Shown: piece by piece, positions 37,518 through 47,034 of the stretch
Layout of the letters: each line of letters starts with the position of its first letter
Position numbering within the stretch: position 1 is the stretch's first letter
Assembly: GCA_963696805.1 (NCBI GenBank)
Contig: CAVOLF010000009.1
Span: 68,127-132,126, forward strand
DNA: 64,000 bases
Direction: 5' to 3'
Source of the DNA: an uncultured Rikenellaceae bacterium
GTDB lineage: Bacteria > Bacteroidota > Bacteroidia > Bacteroidales > VadinHA17
Translations under genes and position numbers: made by a program
Notes under the pieces: generated by a model
Database searches by the model: none
The model's input: only the letters and a program-made list of their open reading frames with translations
What the model was told of the DNA's origin: nothing

Positions 37518-39071
37518 TTAAACCGGCTCAAGCGTCACGAGGGGCAGCACCATCTCCTGGAGCGAGACACCCCCGTGCTGGAATGAATCACGGTAGTATG
37601 AGACTATATGGTTGTAGTTGTTGGGATAGACCAGGAAGTCATTTCCGCATGCGAAGATGTATCTCGAGGTGATGTTGGTCATTGGCAGCCCCGCCTTTGC
37701 CGGTGCTGTTATCTCAAACAGGTCGCGTGCATTGTAGTCAAGGTTCCTGCCGGTTTTGTAGCGCAGGTTCATTGAAGTCTGCCTGTCGCCCACCACCTTG
37801 ACGGGCTTCTGTACCTTCACCGAGCCGTGGTCGGTGGTGATCACCACCCGTGCTCCCTTTGCAGATACCTGCCTGAGGAGTTCGAGCAGCGGGGAGTGGA
37901 TGAACCACGAGTGTGTCAGCGAGAGCCATCCGGCTTCATCGCCGGTCATGTCACGGATAACGCCAATCTCTGTTCGGGCATGGCTCAGCATGTCAACGAA
38001 GTTATATACCACAACATTAAAATCATTTGCCAGGAGCTGCGGTATTTTATCATTCAGGCTTCTTCCATCGGCGTCAGAGATGATTTTGTTGTAAGTCCAC
38101 CTGCATCCCAGACCTGCCCTCTGGAGGTTTTTCGCCAGCAGCTTCTCCTCGTTGAGGTTCTTTCCCTCGTCTTCATTGTCTCCTATCCAGTACTCCGGCA
38201 TGAGCTCGCCGATGGCGGCTGGCATCAGCCCTGCAAAGAGCGCGTTGCGCGAATACTGTGTCGTGGTGGGGAGGATGCTCAGGTAGAGCTCTTCGGAGAC
38301 GGTGCGCATGACATGGCTCAGGTCAGCGGCAATGGTCTGCCACTGGTCGAGGCGCATGTTGTCAACGACGATGAAGAAGAGCGGCGATCCTTTCCCGATA
38401 AGGGGGAAGATCCGTTTTGACATCACTGCAGGTGAGATGAGTGGCCTGTCTGATGCATCGGCAGAGATCCACTGCAGGTAATTATTTGAAATGTATTTTG
38501 CAAAAGCCCGGTTGGCATCTGACTCCTGCATGCGCAGCACCTCCCTCATGCCGGTGTCAGATGATCTTATCAGCTCGGCCTGCCAGAAGGTGAGCCTGCG
38601 GTACAGCTCACTCCACTGCGTGAAGGTTGATGCCGAAGAGATCATGTCGGCTATTGATCCGAACTCTTCCCTGAAGACAGTGGTCGTCTGGCGTGTGACG
38701 ATATCTCCTGTATCAAGAATGCGCTTGAGGGTGAGCAGTATCTGTTGCGGCTTGACGGGCTTGATAAGGTAATCGGCTATCTGGGAGCCTATTGCTGCTT
38801 CCATGATATCCTCCTCTTCGCTTTTGGTTATCATCACCACGGGGATCGAAGGCCTGATAGCCTTGATGCGGCGGAGCGTCTCTATTCCGCTCAGTCCGGG
38901 CATGTACTCGTCGAGGAAGATGATGTCATAGGGGTTGTCCCTGACCATGTTAATTGCATCATTGCCTGACTGACAGGTCTCGGTCTCGAAACCCTTCTCC
39001 TTCAGAAAGAGGATATGAGACCGGAGCACCCCAACCTCATCATCGACCCACAGTATCCTTACCTGTCTCAT
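37518..39071 (-). CDS. porX: PorX-type response regulator (receiver domain fused to a PglZ/alkaline-phosphatase-superfamily domain)
   Basis: The receiver reads ILWVDDE...IIFLDEYMPGLSG...IKP. The C-terminal part has VVYNFVDMLSHA and VITTDHGS, typical of the PglZ fold. It lies next to porW/sprE. Confidence 0.8.
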   Translation of the reverse strand: MRQVRILWVDDEVGVLRSHILFLKEKGFETETCQSGNDAINMVRDNPYDIIFLDEYMPGLSGIETLRRIKAIRPSIPVVMITKSEEEDIMEAAIGSQIADYLIKPVKPQQILLTLKRILDTGDIVTRQTTTVFREEFGSIADMISSASTFTQWSELYRRLTFWQAELIRSSDTGMREVLRMQESDANRAFAKYISNNYLQWISADASDRPLISPAVMSKRIFPLIGKGSPLFFIVVDNMRLDQWQTIAADLSHVMRTVSEELYLSILPTTTQYSRNALFAGLMPAAIGELMPEYWIGDNEDEGKNLNEEKLLAKNLQRAGLGCRWTYNKIISDADGRSLNDKIPQLLANDFNVVVYNFVDMLSHARTEIGVIRDMTGDEAGWLSLTHSWFIHSPLLELLRQVSAKGARVVITTDHGSVKVQKPVKVVGDRQTSMNLRYKTGRNLDYNARDLFEITAPAKAGLPMTNITSRYIFACGNDFLVYPNNYNHIVSYYRDSFQHGGVSLQEMVLPLVTLEPV

Positions 39072-39086
39072 TGGCTTCCCCTCATG

Positions 39087-41744
39087 TCACCGGTTGTTAT
39101 TATACTCCTTCGCATAGAAGATGCTGTACCTGTCAATATTCTTGTCCTCCCTGAGTTTTGCCAGGTTATCGCGGCTGATATTGTAAGGTGTCAGAGCGGC
39201 ATCGGCTGCTCCCCTGATGGTTTCTGCCGGATTGAATGCGCTGAGCCATGCGGCAGCCTCACCGGCATTGGCGAAGGGTCCGGTTGCGATGAGGATATAG
39301 CCAAGGTCAACGACAGTACCCTCGGTGGTATAGGTTTTATCGGCAAAATTGTCAAGGTTATAGTTGATGATATCAAACACCATCTGGTTCATGTTTGCCT
39401 GGAAATTACGGGCAACGATAATGACATAATGCGGTTGCAGCATGTCAGCATGATATAGTACCTCCGCGATGCGGGTATCCTCTGCAATCTTTATGGCCGG
39501 AATCTCCTTCCTGAGGAAGTCGTTTATCTCTGCCGCCCGTTTTCCTTCCGGGGTGGATGGGAACCTGGCCACCAGGGAGTCAAGTTTTGCCTTGTATGCC
39601 ATCTCTCCTGCCAGGGCGCCTGTGGCCATGGCGTCAAGGAGCATGAATTTAGGGACAAGTGTTTCGCCGGCGAAGAGCTTCACTGCCTCGTTGGCGATTG
39701 CCTGTGTCTCTGAGTAGCGTCCTTCAGTGAATGCCTGGTATGCCGTCTCATAGCTCCCGGAAGCCCTCGCGGCCATCTCCTGGTGTTTTCTGACATAGTC
39801 GGGGTCGGAGAGTATCTGTGCAAACTCAGAACCGGGGAATGAAGCCAGCAGGTCAGCCCTGCGTCTGTCGGCCCGGGCAGGGTCATAGAGGCGGAGCAGG
39901 CGGTAGAGTTCATACAGGGCCTCAGCTCTGATATTGTCATCACTGCCTGAGCGCGAAGCCTCCTCGAACGAACTGGCAGCTGCGAGGGTGTCAGCCAGCC
40001 TTGATGCCAGTGCTTTCCCCTCTCCCAGCAGTGCTGCAGCGCTTGCATTTGCTGATCTTCTCATAAGTGAGTCTGTCAGCGGAAGATTGCGCAGGTAATA
40101 CTCTTTGGTACGCTGCGGGTCTGCGCCGGCGCTGTCGCTCTGCTGTCTCTCCTCACCGTTTTCTGGCTGAGAGCTGTTGCTGAATGCTGCGCGTGCCTTG
40201 TTCGATCTGCGCCAGTTGTCTTCAAGCCTTCTGTCGCCCCAGCGGCGTTTGAACTCGGTACGGCCGAATGAGAGAGCCGTCTGGTTGTAGAAATACCATC
40301 CTCCCTCAGCGGAGATAGCTCCACTGTATCGCTGCTCATTCTCATAGTAGAGGCCCATGTTGTACCTGTCACCACCGTCACCTGTCCGGGCCCGGGTCTG
40401 TGCTTCCTCATAGGAGCGGATGATTCCGGCAATAAGGGCGTCACGCTCTGCCGCGTTCATCGCGGCCACCCTGCGCAGGCTGTCCTCGGTGACAACCACG
40501 TTATGGAAACCCGAATACTCGCTCAGGTCCGAAGCCCTGCGGCTGATACTGGCATAATCAGGGAACCGGGTATCAATGAGGGTGGAGACGCTGTCATAAT
40601 AGAACGATGCCGTCATATATTCCGGCAGGGCATAGTAGTGTTCGCCCAGGGCGAGGTATGAACGCGCCCTCTGGCGGGTGTTAACCGTGGTGCTGGCTGC
40701 TGACTGTGACCACAGTCTGAGGGCTTCGTCAGTGTTGCCCACCCGCTTTTCCAGCTCGCCGAGGGCAAAATAGATCTGGTCAAGGTAATCCTTGTTCTTT
40801 GAGTCACGCAGCATCCTGCGCAGCGATTTCCTGAGGTCATCAGCGTCACCTTGCGATATGTCGGCCACTCCTGCAAGGTTTATACCGGCGTTGAACTCCA
40901 GGTCATAGGACGGGTTCATGCGTATCACCTGGCTGAACCAGCGCGTGGAGAGTGCATTTTCACCGGCTGCCTTGCATACCTGGGCAAGGAGATAGGTAAG
41001 GCGCACTCTTGTGTCCTTGTCTCCCGAGAAATCTGCGGCTTTTGTCAGCGGTTCTATGGCATCTCCGAACCGTTTCTGCCTCAGTAGGATGTCAGCGCGC
41101 GTCGAGTAATACATGGCCCTGAGTGCCCCTGACAGGTTATCCGGGTCACTTATCTCCTGAAGCAGTCGCGATGCCTCGTTATAGTTCCCTTCCTCAGTCT
41201 GGATGCGGGCCATCCATATGCCTGCCTCTGTCACGAGGTCAGTGTCAGTGGCTATGCTCACAGCATATGACAGGGATGACCTCGAGGCCATGAAATTCTT
41301 CTGGTAAAACTGCGCTTTGGCCATCAGGATATAGGCGTCATCGACCCACTCATTGTACTCGCGCCTGTTATAAAACTCATCACTACGTGCATTGCCACCC
41401 CTGCGACCCTTCTCGGACGGCCTGGCGGTGATGGAGTGGAGCGCGATAACCTTAGAAGCCTTCTGTATGGCCCGCTCCATATCCGGAGAGGCTGCCCGGG
41501 CCGACTCGTCGGAGGAATACTCGAACACCGGGATGAGGGTGCTGTAATCATCACGGTGCGATGACTGAACCTTCTTCACCCCGGCCTTATAGGCCTCGTT
41601 CCCGTTGAACCAGATGTTGTACTTGGAGATCAGTGAGTTGTAGAAACGGCTAGCGCCGGTGTTCTTTTCCACGGAACAACCGGCAAGAATCAGGGTGAGT
41701 ATGATGCTCACCGCTGCAAGGAATTCTTTATGCCGTAATCTCAA
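39087..41744 (-). CDS. porW: T9SS periplasmic TPR lipoprotein PorW/SprE
   Basis: 885 aa with lipobox LILAGCS followed by KNTGASRFYNSLISKYNIWFNGNEAYKAG, the characteristic SprE N-terminus. Contains multiple TPR-like repeats. Confidence 0.7.
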   Translation of the reverse strand: MRLRHKEFLAAVSIILTLILAGCSVEKNTGASRFYNSLISKYNIWFNGNEAYKAGVKKVQSSHRDDYSTLIPVFEYSSDESARAASPDMERAIQKASKVIALHSITARPSEKGRRGGNARSDEFYNRREYNEWVDDAYILMAKAQFYQKNFMASRSSLSYAVSIATDTDLVTEAGIWMARIQTEEGNYNEASRLLQEISDPDNLSGALRAMYYSTRADILLRQKRFGDAIEPLTKAADFSGDKDTRVRLTYLLAQVCKAAGENALSTRWFSQVIRMNPSYDLEFNAGINLAGVADISQGDADDLRKSLRRMLRDSKNKDYLDQIYFALGELEKRVGNTDEALRLWSQSAASTTVNTRQRARSYLALGEHYYALPEYMTASFYYDSVSTLIDTRFPDYASISRRASDLSEYSGFHNVVVTEDSLRRVAAMNAAERDALIAGIIRSYEEAQTRARTGDGGDRYNMGLYYENEQRYSGAISAEGGWYFYNQTALSFGRTEFKRRWGDRRLEDNWRRSNKARAAFSNSSQPENGEERQQSDSAGADPQRTKEYYLRNLPLTDSLMRRSANASAAALLGEGKALASRLADTLAAASSFEEASRSGSDDNIRAEALYELYRLLRLYDPARADRRRADLLASFPGSEFAQILSDPDYVRKHQEMAARASGSYETAYQAFTEGRYSETQAIANEAVKLFAGETLVPKFMLLDAMATGALAGEMAYKAKLDSLVARFPSTPEGKRAAEINDFLRKEIPAIKIAEDTRIAEVLYHADMLQPHYVIIVARNFQANMNQMVFDIINYNLDNFADKTYTTEGTVVDLGYILIATGPFANAGEAAAWLSAFNPAETIRGAADAALTPYNISRDNLAKLREDKNIDRYSIFYAKEYNNNR

Positions 41745-41849
41745 ATAATGACGGTTTATACTCTATAACTGAAGAGGTGCGGTAAAAGTATTCAAAGTTA
41801 AGAAAAAGAGGCCAGAAACGGGGTGTTGATGCCCGTGGCGGCAGCAGGC

Positions 41850-42950
41850 TCATTTCATCTCCACTCTCTTTGTCGGTGCCATCTCCGCGTTGCGTTTCTC
41901 AACCTGGCTGACGACGGTGTCGGCAAGGGTCATGAAGGCAAGCCCTGTCTCGCTGTCATTCAGTGCCGCCGGTGTTCCGGTATCACCACCGTCGCATATG
42001 CTTTCTACGAGGGGTATCTGACCCAGCAGTCCGGTGCCGCTCTCGGCGGCGAGCCTGCTGCCGCCCTCCTTGCCGAAGATGTAGTACCTGCGGCCGGGCA
42101 GCTCGGGAGCCACGAAGTACGACATGTTCTCAACAAGACCGAGCACCGGCACATTAATGGCTTCGCTGCGGAACATGGCTATCCCCTTGCGGGCGTCGGC
42201 CAGCGCCACCTCCTGGGGAGTAGTAACCACTATTGCTCCTGTGACAGGCACCTCCTGAACCAGTGTGAGATGAATGTCGCTTGTCCCGGGAGGCAGGTCG
42301 AAGATGAGGTAATCAAGCTCACCCCAGTCGCCCTGCGTGATGAGCTGCTTGAGAAAACTGCTTGCCATCGGGCCACGCCAGATGACCGCCTCGCTGCCTT
42401 TGACGAAGAAACCGATGGAAAGAATCTTCACACCGTACCTTGTCATCGGGATGATGAGGTCATTGCCGTTTTCATTGCGCACGTCGGGACGATAGGTCTC
42501 CGCATGGAACATTCTCGGCACCGAGGGACCGAAGATGTCCGCGTCAAGTAGCCCGGTGGCATAACCCTTGCGTGCCAGCGCCACCGCCAGGTTAACGGCA
42601 ACGGTCGATTTGCCTACCCCGCCTTTGCCCGATGATACGGCGATGATGTTCTTCACGCCTGGCAGGATATCCCTCCTGGGAGGGGCCATCTTTTCAACCA
42701 CGATCCTTGGCCTGACCTCAATCGAAGAGATTACCGCATCAGGCCCCAGCACCTCCTTTACTGCCCTGACACAGTTGCTCTTGATCGATGTGAGGAAGGG
42801 GTCATTAGACTTTTCCGGCACAAGCACAATTGCTATCCCTTCCGCCGTTTCGGAAATATCTCCCACCATCCCGAGGGTGACGATGTCACTGCCCTTTTCA
42901 GGATGGGAAACCATCTTCAGGGCCTTTAGAATGTCTTCTTTTTTATACAT
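41850..42950 (-). CDS. Mrp/NBP35 (ApbC) family iron-sulfur cluster carrier ATPase
   Basis: The N-terminal DUF59-like segment reads ILKALKMVSHPEKGSDIVTLGMV. It has the deviant Walker A SGKGGVGKST and a DLPPGTSD motif. Confidence 0.9.
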   Translation of the reverse strand: MYKKEDILKALKMVSHPEKGSDIVTLGMVGDISETAEGIAIVLVPEKSNDPFLTSIKSNCVRAVKEVLGPDAVISSIEVRPRIVVEKMAPPRRDILPGVKNIIAVSSGKGGVGKSTVAVNLAVALARKGYATGLLDADIFGPSVPRMFHAETYRPDVRNENGNDLIIPMTRYGVKILSIGFFVKGSEAVIWRGPMASSFLKQLITQGDWGELDYLIFDLPPGTSDIHLTLVQEVPVTGAIVVTTPQEVALADARKGIAMFRSEAINVPVLGLVENMSYFVAPELPGRRYYIFGKEGGSRLAAESGTGLLGQIPLVESICDGGDTGTPAALNDSETGLAFMTLADTVVSQVEKRNAEMAPTKRVEMK

Positions 42951-42988
42951 GGTTATGAATTATGATTGTTGTCTTCACTACTACCTCG

Positions 42989-43079
42989 CGGATTTGCGAT
43001 TTGCGATTTGCGATTTGCGAATCTTGATTAAATCGACAATCGAAAATCTGAAATCGAAAATTTCTCTACTGCCTACTTA
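42989..43079. repeat. phase-locked heptanucleotide array with a different core: (gcgattt)4 then (aatcgNN)4
   Basis: 13 consecutive units in one register: cggattt gcgattt gcgattt gcgattt gcgaatc ttgatta aatcgac aatcgaa aatctga aatcgaa aatttct ctactgc ctactta. The cgatt and aatcg cores are reverse complements. Confidence 0.9.
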
Positions 43080-43102
43080 CTTTGATTAACACATCAAGCT
43101 AA

Positions 43103-43459
43103 TCAGAGTTCAACTGAGGGATCCCAGAACTTTTCCCTGAACTCAAGGACCACATCTTCCCTCACCGTGAAGTCCTCGTTTTCAAGCAGTTGCTGCATGG
43201 TTGACGAGTTGCCGAAGTGATTTTTGCCGGTGAGCATCCCGTTGCGGTTTACAACGCGGTGGGCAGGGATGAATCCGGGCAGCGAGTGCGAGGAGTTGAG
43301 TGCCCAGCCTACCATCCTGGCTGATTGTGCGGTGCCCAGGTACCTGGCAATGGCCCCGTATGACGTTATCCGTCCGTGGGGTATTTGCCGGGTGACATCG
43401 TAAACGCGGCTGAAGAAGCCTTCGTTGTCAGCCGAGGGGAGAGATGATCTCTTTTTCAT
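43103..43459 (-). CDS. alkyltransferase-like (ATL) protein: MGMT DNA-binding domain lacking the acceptor cysteine
   Basis: Contains IPHGRITSYGAIA, and the motif reads IPAHRVVN where active O6-alkylguanine transferases have PCHRV. Confidence 0.75.
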   Translation of the reverse strand: MKKRSSLPSADNEGFFSRVYDVTRQIPHGRITSYGAIARYLGTAQSARMVGWALNSSHSLPGFIPAHRVVNRNGMLTGKNHFGNSSTMQQLLENEDFTVREDVVLEFREKFWDPSVEL

Positions 43460-44126
43460 TCGGAAGTCTGAATGACAGGTATGTGATTGGGACTCCCTGC
43501 TTCAGGAAGATCTCCTCGTAGTACGTTCTTATGGAAAGCATCGGGTCATCCGGCATCTGTACATAGAGATCCGTCACTGACGCTATGATCTCCAGCCGGT
43601 TGGCATGCACCACCGAGAGAGTATAGTCATACAGCTCCCTGCTGTCTGTCTTAAGGTGAATGATGCCGTTATCCTTGAGAAACTGCCTGTAAAGGTTCAG
43701 GAAAAAGGGTGCCGGCAGCCGTTTCTTTTCTCTCTTCCTCTTGGGCTGGGGGTCAGGGAATGTAAGCCATATTTCATCTACCTCGCCGGGAGCAAAAAAG
43801 GAGCCTGCAAACTCTATACGGGTGCGCAGGAAGGCAGCATTCGGCATCTGCTTCTGATGTGATTCCTTTGCTCCCCTCCACATCCTGGCTCCCTTGATAT
43901 CTATGCCGATGAAATTCCTGTCAGGATATTTACCGGCCAGTCCGACAGTGTATTCGCCTTTGCCGCAGCCCAGTTCAAGGACAATGGGATTGTCATTGCC
44001 AAACCAGTCACTTCGCCATTTTCCCTTCAGCAGGTGATCATTCCTGAAAGCCTCTTCAAATGAAGGTTCGATCACTTGGTCGAAGCCTTTCATCTCAGTC
44101 CACCGTGCCAGTTTGTTCTTACCCAA
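43428..44126 (-). CDS. trmB: tRNA (guanine46-N7)-methyltransferase
   Basis: Contains LELGCGKGEYTVGLA, FPDPQPKRK..KRL and LKTDS. Confidence 0.9.
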   Translation of the reverse strand: MGKNKLARWTEMKGFDQVIEPSFEEAFRNDHLLKGKWRSDWFGNDNPIVLELGCGKGEYTVGLAGKYPDRNFIGIDIKGARMWRGAKESHQKQMPNAAFLRTRIEFAGSFFAPGEVDEIWLTFPDPQPKRKREKKRLPAPFFLNLYRQFLKDNGIIHLKTDSRELYDYTLSVVHANRLEIIASVTDLYVQMPDDPMLSIRTYYEEIFLKQGVPITYLSFRLPNEKEIISPLG

Positions 44127-44134
44127 AGCCTTTC

Positions 44135-44623
44135 CTATCTGCCCTTGTCCTCTTTCAGGGATATCGTCATTGCCATGTCGTAAACCCCCTTCAGCAGAGT
44201 GTCTCTCATGCCGTGTATGACGCTGAAGTGGTATTCGCCCTCTTCGGGAAAGAAGACATTTGTTTTATACGGGATGGTCAGTTCACGGAGGTCGCCTGCA
44301 CCTCTTCCGAGCCACTTCCCTCTTTCATCGGTGATCATTGCCTGCAGGGTGTCAGTGACGATGGTGCCTGAGGGGAAGGTGGTGACAATGAAGAGATACA
44401 TGTTACGATAGGGGTAGTCGGTCGATGTCCTTACCGACAGGTCAATATTGAATGTGCTTACGGTATCCCCTATTGTGCAGGTATATCTTGCAGGGTCGTA
44501 CATGCTCCACTGCCTGTCATCAATCCTGTAGTTGTCTGAGAAGAGGGTGTTCCTGTCACATGAGAGGGTGGTGACTGCCAGCATGATGCCGGCAATAAGT
44601 ATGCTACTTCTGCCTTTTCTCAT
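44135..44623 (-). CDS. gldH: gliding motility lipoprotein GldH
   Basis: 162 aa with lipobox TTLSCD, W..Y.. and YPYRNMYLFI blocks. The neighbourhood (PSP1, holB) is as I remember it from Bacteroidota. Confidence 0.75.
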   Translation of the reverse strand: MRKGRSSILIAGIMLAVTTLSCDRNTLFSDNYRIDDRQWSMYDPARYTCTIGDTVSTFNIDLSVRTSTDYPYRNMYLFIVTTFPSGTIVTDTLQAMITDERGKWLGRGAGDLRELTIPYKTNVFFPEEGEYHFSVIHGMRDTLLKGVYDMAMTISLKEDKGR

Positions 44624-45746
44624 TTCTCCTGGGATATGGTTTGTTTCTGCCCTTGCCTTCGCGCTGATTGCTTTTTGTTTCGAACCTTGTCAGTCCGCTG
44701 TTCTGCAGCAGCAGGTCGTTCCCTTTTCCGATCGCGTTGTTTGCCGGGCTTGCCAGCAGGTTCTCCGGCTTAATCCCTTTCCTGTTTAGCTGTATGATCT
44801 CGCGAACCCGGGCTACCGGCACTGCTGTGAGGTTGACTGCCATGCGGGGGTCTGTCGAGTACCAGTAGATGCCTGTGTGGACCTCCATCTTCATGAAGTG
44901 GGCTGTTCCTCCCGCCAGTTCGAGGGGTATCTCCTTCGACGGGTAGTCTTTCTGTGCGTCTATGTAACAGTCGAGCTCATAGTTGAGGCAGCACTTCAGC
45001 TTGCCGCACTGTCCGGCCAGCTTCTGGGGGTTGAGTGACAGATCCTGGTAGCGGGCATGAGATGTGGTTACAGACATGAAGTTAGTCACATGGGTTGAGC
45101 AGCAGAGTTCGCGTCCGCAGGTGCCTATGCCGCCTATCCGTCCTGCCTCCTGGCGGGCTCCTATCTGCCTCATCTCTATTCTGATGTGAAACTCCTCGGC
45201 AAGCACCTTGATCAGCTGACGGAAGTCAACTCTCTCATCGGCAAGGTAGTAGAAGATCGCCTTTGTCTTGTCTCCCTGGTACTCGACGTCGCCTATCTTC
45301 ATTGCCAGCCCCAGGTTCTCGGCTATCTTCCTTGACCTGAGCATGGTGTGATCCTCAAGCTTCCTGGCCTCTTCCCACTTCTGCAGGTCGACCGGCCTGG
45401 CCTTCCTGTAGACCTTCTTCATCTCATCAATGACAGGCCTGACCTTCATCTTCTTCAGCTGCTCCATGACCAGGAATCCGGTCATTGAGACGTATCCGAT
45501 GTCATGGCCGGGCGATGCCTCCACAGCGACTACGTCATCAACCTCAAGCCTCAGCCCGTTCACGTTGCGGTAAAAACCCTTGCGCGTGTTCTTGAAACGA
45601 ACTTCGATGACCTCATTGTACCTGGGGTCGAAAGGCAGCCCGGCAAGCCAGTTGTATTCATTCAGCTTTTTTGTCCCGGTGCGGTATTTTATTTCAGGCG
45701 GTGAAGGCTCTTCGCCTCCCTGGGCCTGTATATCTTCGTTTGTCAT
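44604..45746 (-). CDS. PSP1 domain protein (RicT/YaaT-like)
   Basis: The PSP1 core has Cys clusters GTCGRELCCSTH and CGKLKCCLNYE, and a basic C-terminal tail. Confidence 0.8.
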   Translation of the reverse strand: MTNEDIQAQGGEEPSPPEIKYRTGTKKLNEYNWLAGLPFDPRYNEVIEVRFKNTRKGFYRNVNGLRLEVDDVVAVEASPGHDIGYVSMTGFLVMEQLKKMKVRPVIDEMKKVYRKARPVDLQKWEEARKLEDHTMLRSRKIAENLGLAMKIGDVEYQGDKTKAIFYYLADERVDFRQLIKVLAEEFHIRIEMRQIGARQEAGRIGGIGTCGRELCCSTHVTNFMSVTTSHARYQDLSLNPQKLAGQCGKLKCCLNYELDCYIDAQKDYPSKEIPLELAGGTAHFMKMEVHTGIYWYSTDPRMAVNLTAVPVARVREIIQLNRKGIKPENLLASPANNAIGKGNDLLLQNSGLTRFETKSNQREGKGRNKPYPRRNEKRQK

Positions 45747-45850
45747 GACGTCAGGTTATCTCTGCCGATTGCGGGGTCCGAAGATCCTTTAACCGGAGGG
45801 TGAATGCAAAATTAGGAATAAATGCGCTATTTTCAAGTGATTCCCCTCAG

Positions 45851-46978
45851 TTACCTGATAAGTCTCAATGTCTTCAGCGCCAGATCGAGGAATATCATTT
45901 TGGTGTTGCCGTTGCTTTCGACGTGAGCGAAGGCAAGGTTGAACTCCCTGTTAAGTGCATTAATGTTACTCTCATTGATGAACGGATGAAACTTCTGCGA
46001 GAAGTCGTCTTCACTCTGTGTGAGGTGGACAAGTTTATTTTCGCGACCACCGAAATTCAGGATAAAGTTCTCACGTATCATCCTCAGGGCGTAGGAGAGG
46101 AAGCTCTTTTGTCTCTCCCTTCCCAGTGCCGCTGTCTCCTCGGACCATGTCACCAGCGATTGTATGTCACGGGTATAGGCTGTCCGCATCAGTCTTGTAA
46201 AGCGGTCAAGGTGCACGGTGGTATTGTCATCCTCACGGGCCAGTTCCATGGCCCTGACCATGTTGCCGTTAGCAATGGCGGCTATCTCTGACGCCCTCAC
46301 AGGCTCTATGCCGGCCACCCTCTCAAGGTGAGCGCTCAGATCGCCGGAGGAGATGGAGGGGATCCGGATATGCTGGCAGCGTGAGGTTATTGTTGGCAGC
46401 AGCTTGTCATCCTCCTCGGAGACGAGGATGAAGAGTGTTCTTGCGGGGGGCTCCTCTATCATTTTGAGAAGCTTGTTTGCCGTCTCGGGGTTCATCTTCT
46501 CAGGGAGCCAGATGATCATGATCTTGAAGTCGGATTCAAACGACTTGAGACTGAGTTTGCGTATTATCTCCGCCGCCTCGGCAACAGGAATAAGCGCCTG
46601 TTCATTGGCCACCTCCATCGCTTCAGTCCAGGTGCTCAGCGAGAACCAGGGCGACCGGAGAACCATGGTACGCCACTGTGAAATGTATGTGTCGCTGACC
46701 GGTTCCGATCCGGCCTTTTTCTTTATGACGGGAAAAACGAAGTGCAGGTCAGGGTGGATCAGCTTGTCATACTTGACGCATGAAGGACACACGCCGCAGG
46801 CATCTTCCGGGGTCCGTTTTTCGCAGCTGATATAACGTGCAAAGGCAAGGGCGATGGCAAACTTGCCGCTCCCCCCGGGCCCATAGAAAAGGAGTGCATG
46901 GCTGACACGGTTCTCCGCAACGGAGTTCCTCAGCCTGTCAATTACTGCCTGTTGCCCTGGTATCTGTGAGAAATTCAT
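45851..46978 (-). CDS. holB: DNA polymerase III delta-prime subunit
   Basis: Contains HALLFYGPGGSGKFAIALAFARYISC, a Cys cluster (CGVCPSC) and SRCQ. Confidence 0.85.
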   Translation of the reverse strand: MNFSQIPGQQAVIDRLRNSVAENRVSHALLFYGPGGSGKFAIALAFARYISCEKRTPEDACGVCPSCVKYDKLIHPDLHFVFPVIKKKAGSEPVSDTYISQWRTMVLRSPWFSLSTWTEAMEVANEQALIPVAEAAEIIRKLSLKSFESDFKIMIIWLPEKMNPETANKLLKMIEEPPARTLFILVSEEDDKLLPTITSRCQHIRIPSISSGDLSAHLERVAGIEPVRASEIAAIANGNMVRAMELAREDDNTTVHLDRFTRLMRTAYTRDIQSLVTWSEETAALGRERQKSFLSYALRMIRENFILNFGGRENKLVHLTQSEDDFSQKFHPFINESNINALNREFNLAFAHVESNGNTKMIFLDLALKTLRLIR

Positions 46979-47034
46979 TTTGCCCTGCCGCTGACGGAGA
47001 GCAAAAATAGTAAAAATAAAGTGAAAGACCCTGA

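Noticed and set aside
45760-45790. ctgccgattgcgg words upstream of the PSP1 gene that resemble the heptad arrays
   Set aside because: There are only about two units. That is indistinguishable from chance without a genome-wide word model, so I mention it only as a possible remnant.
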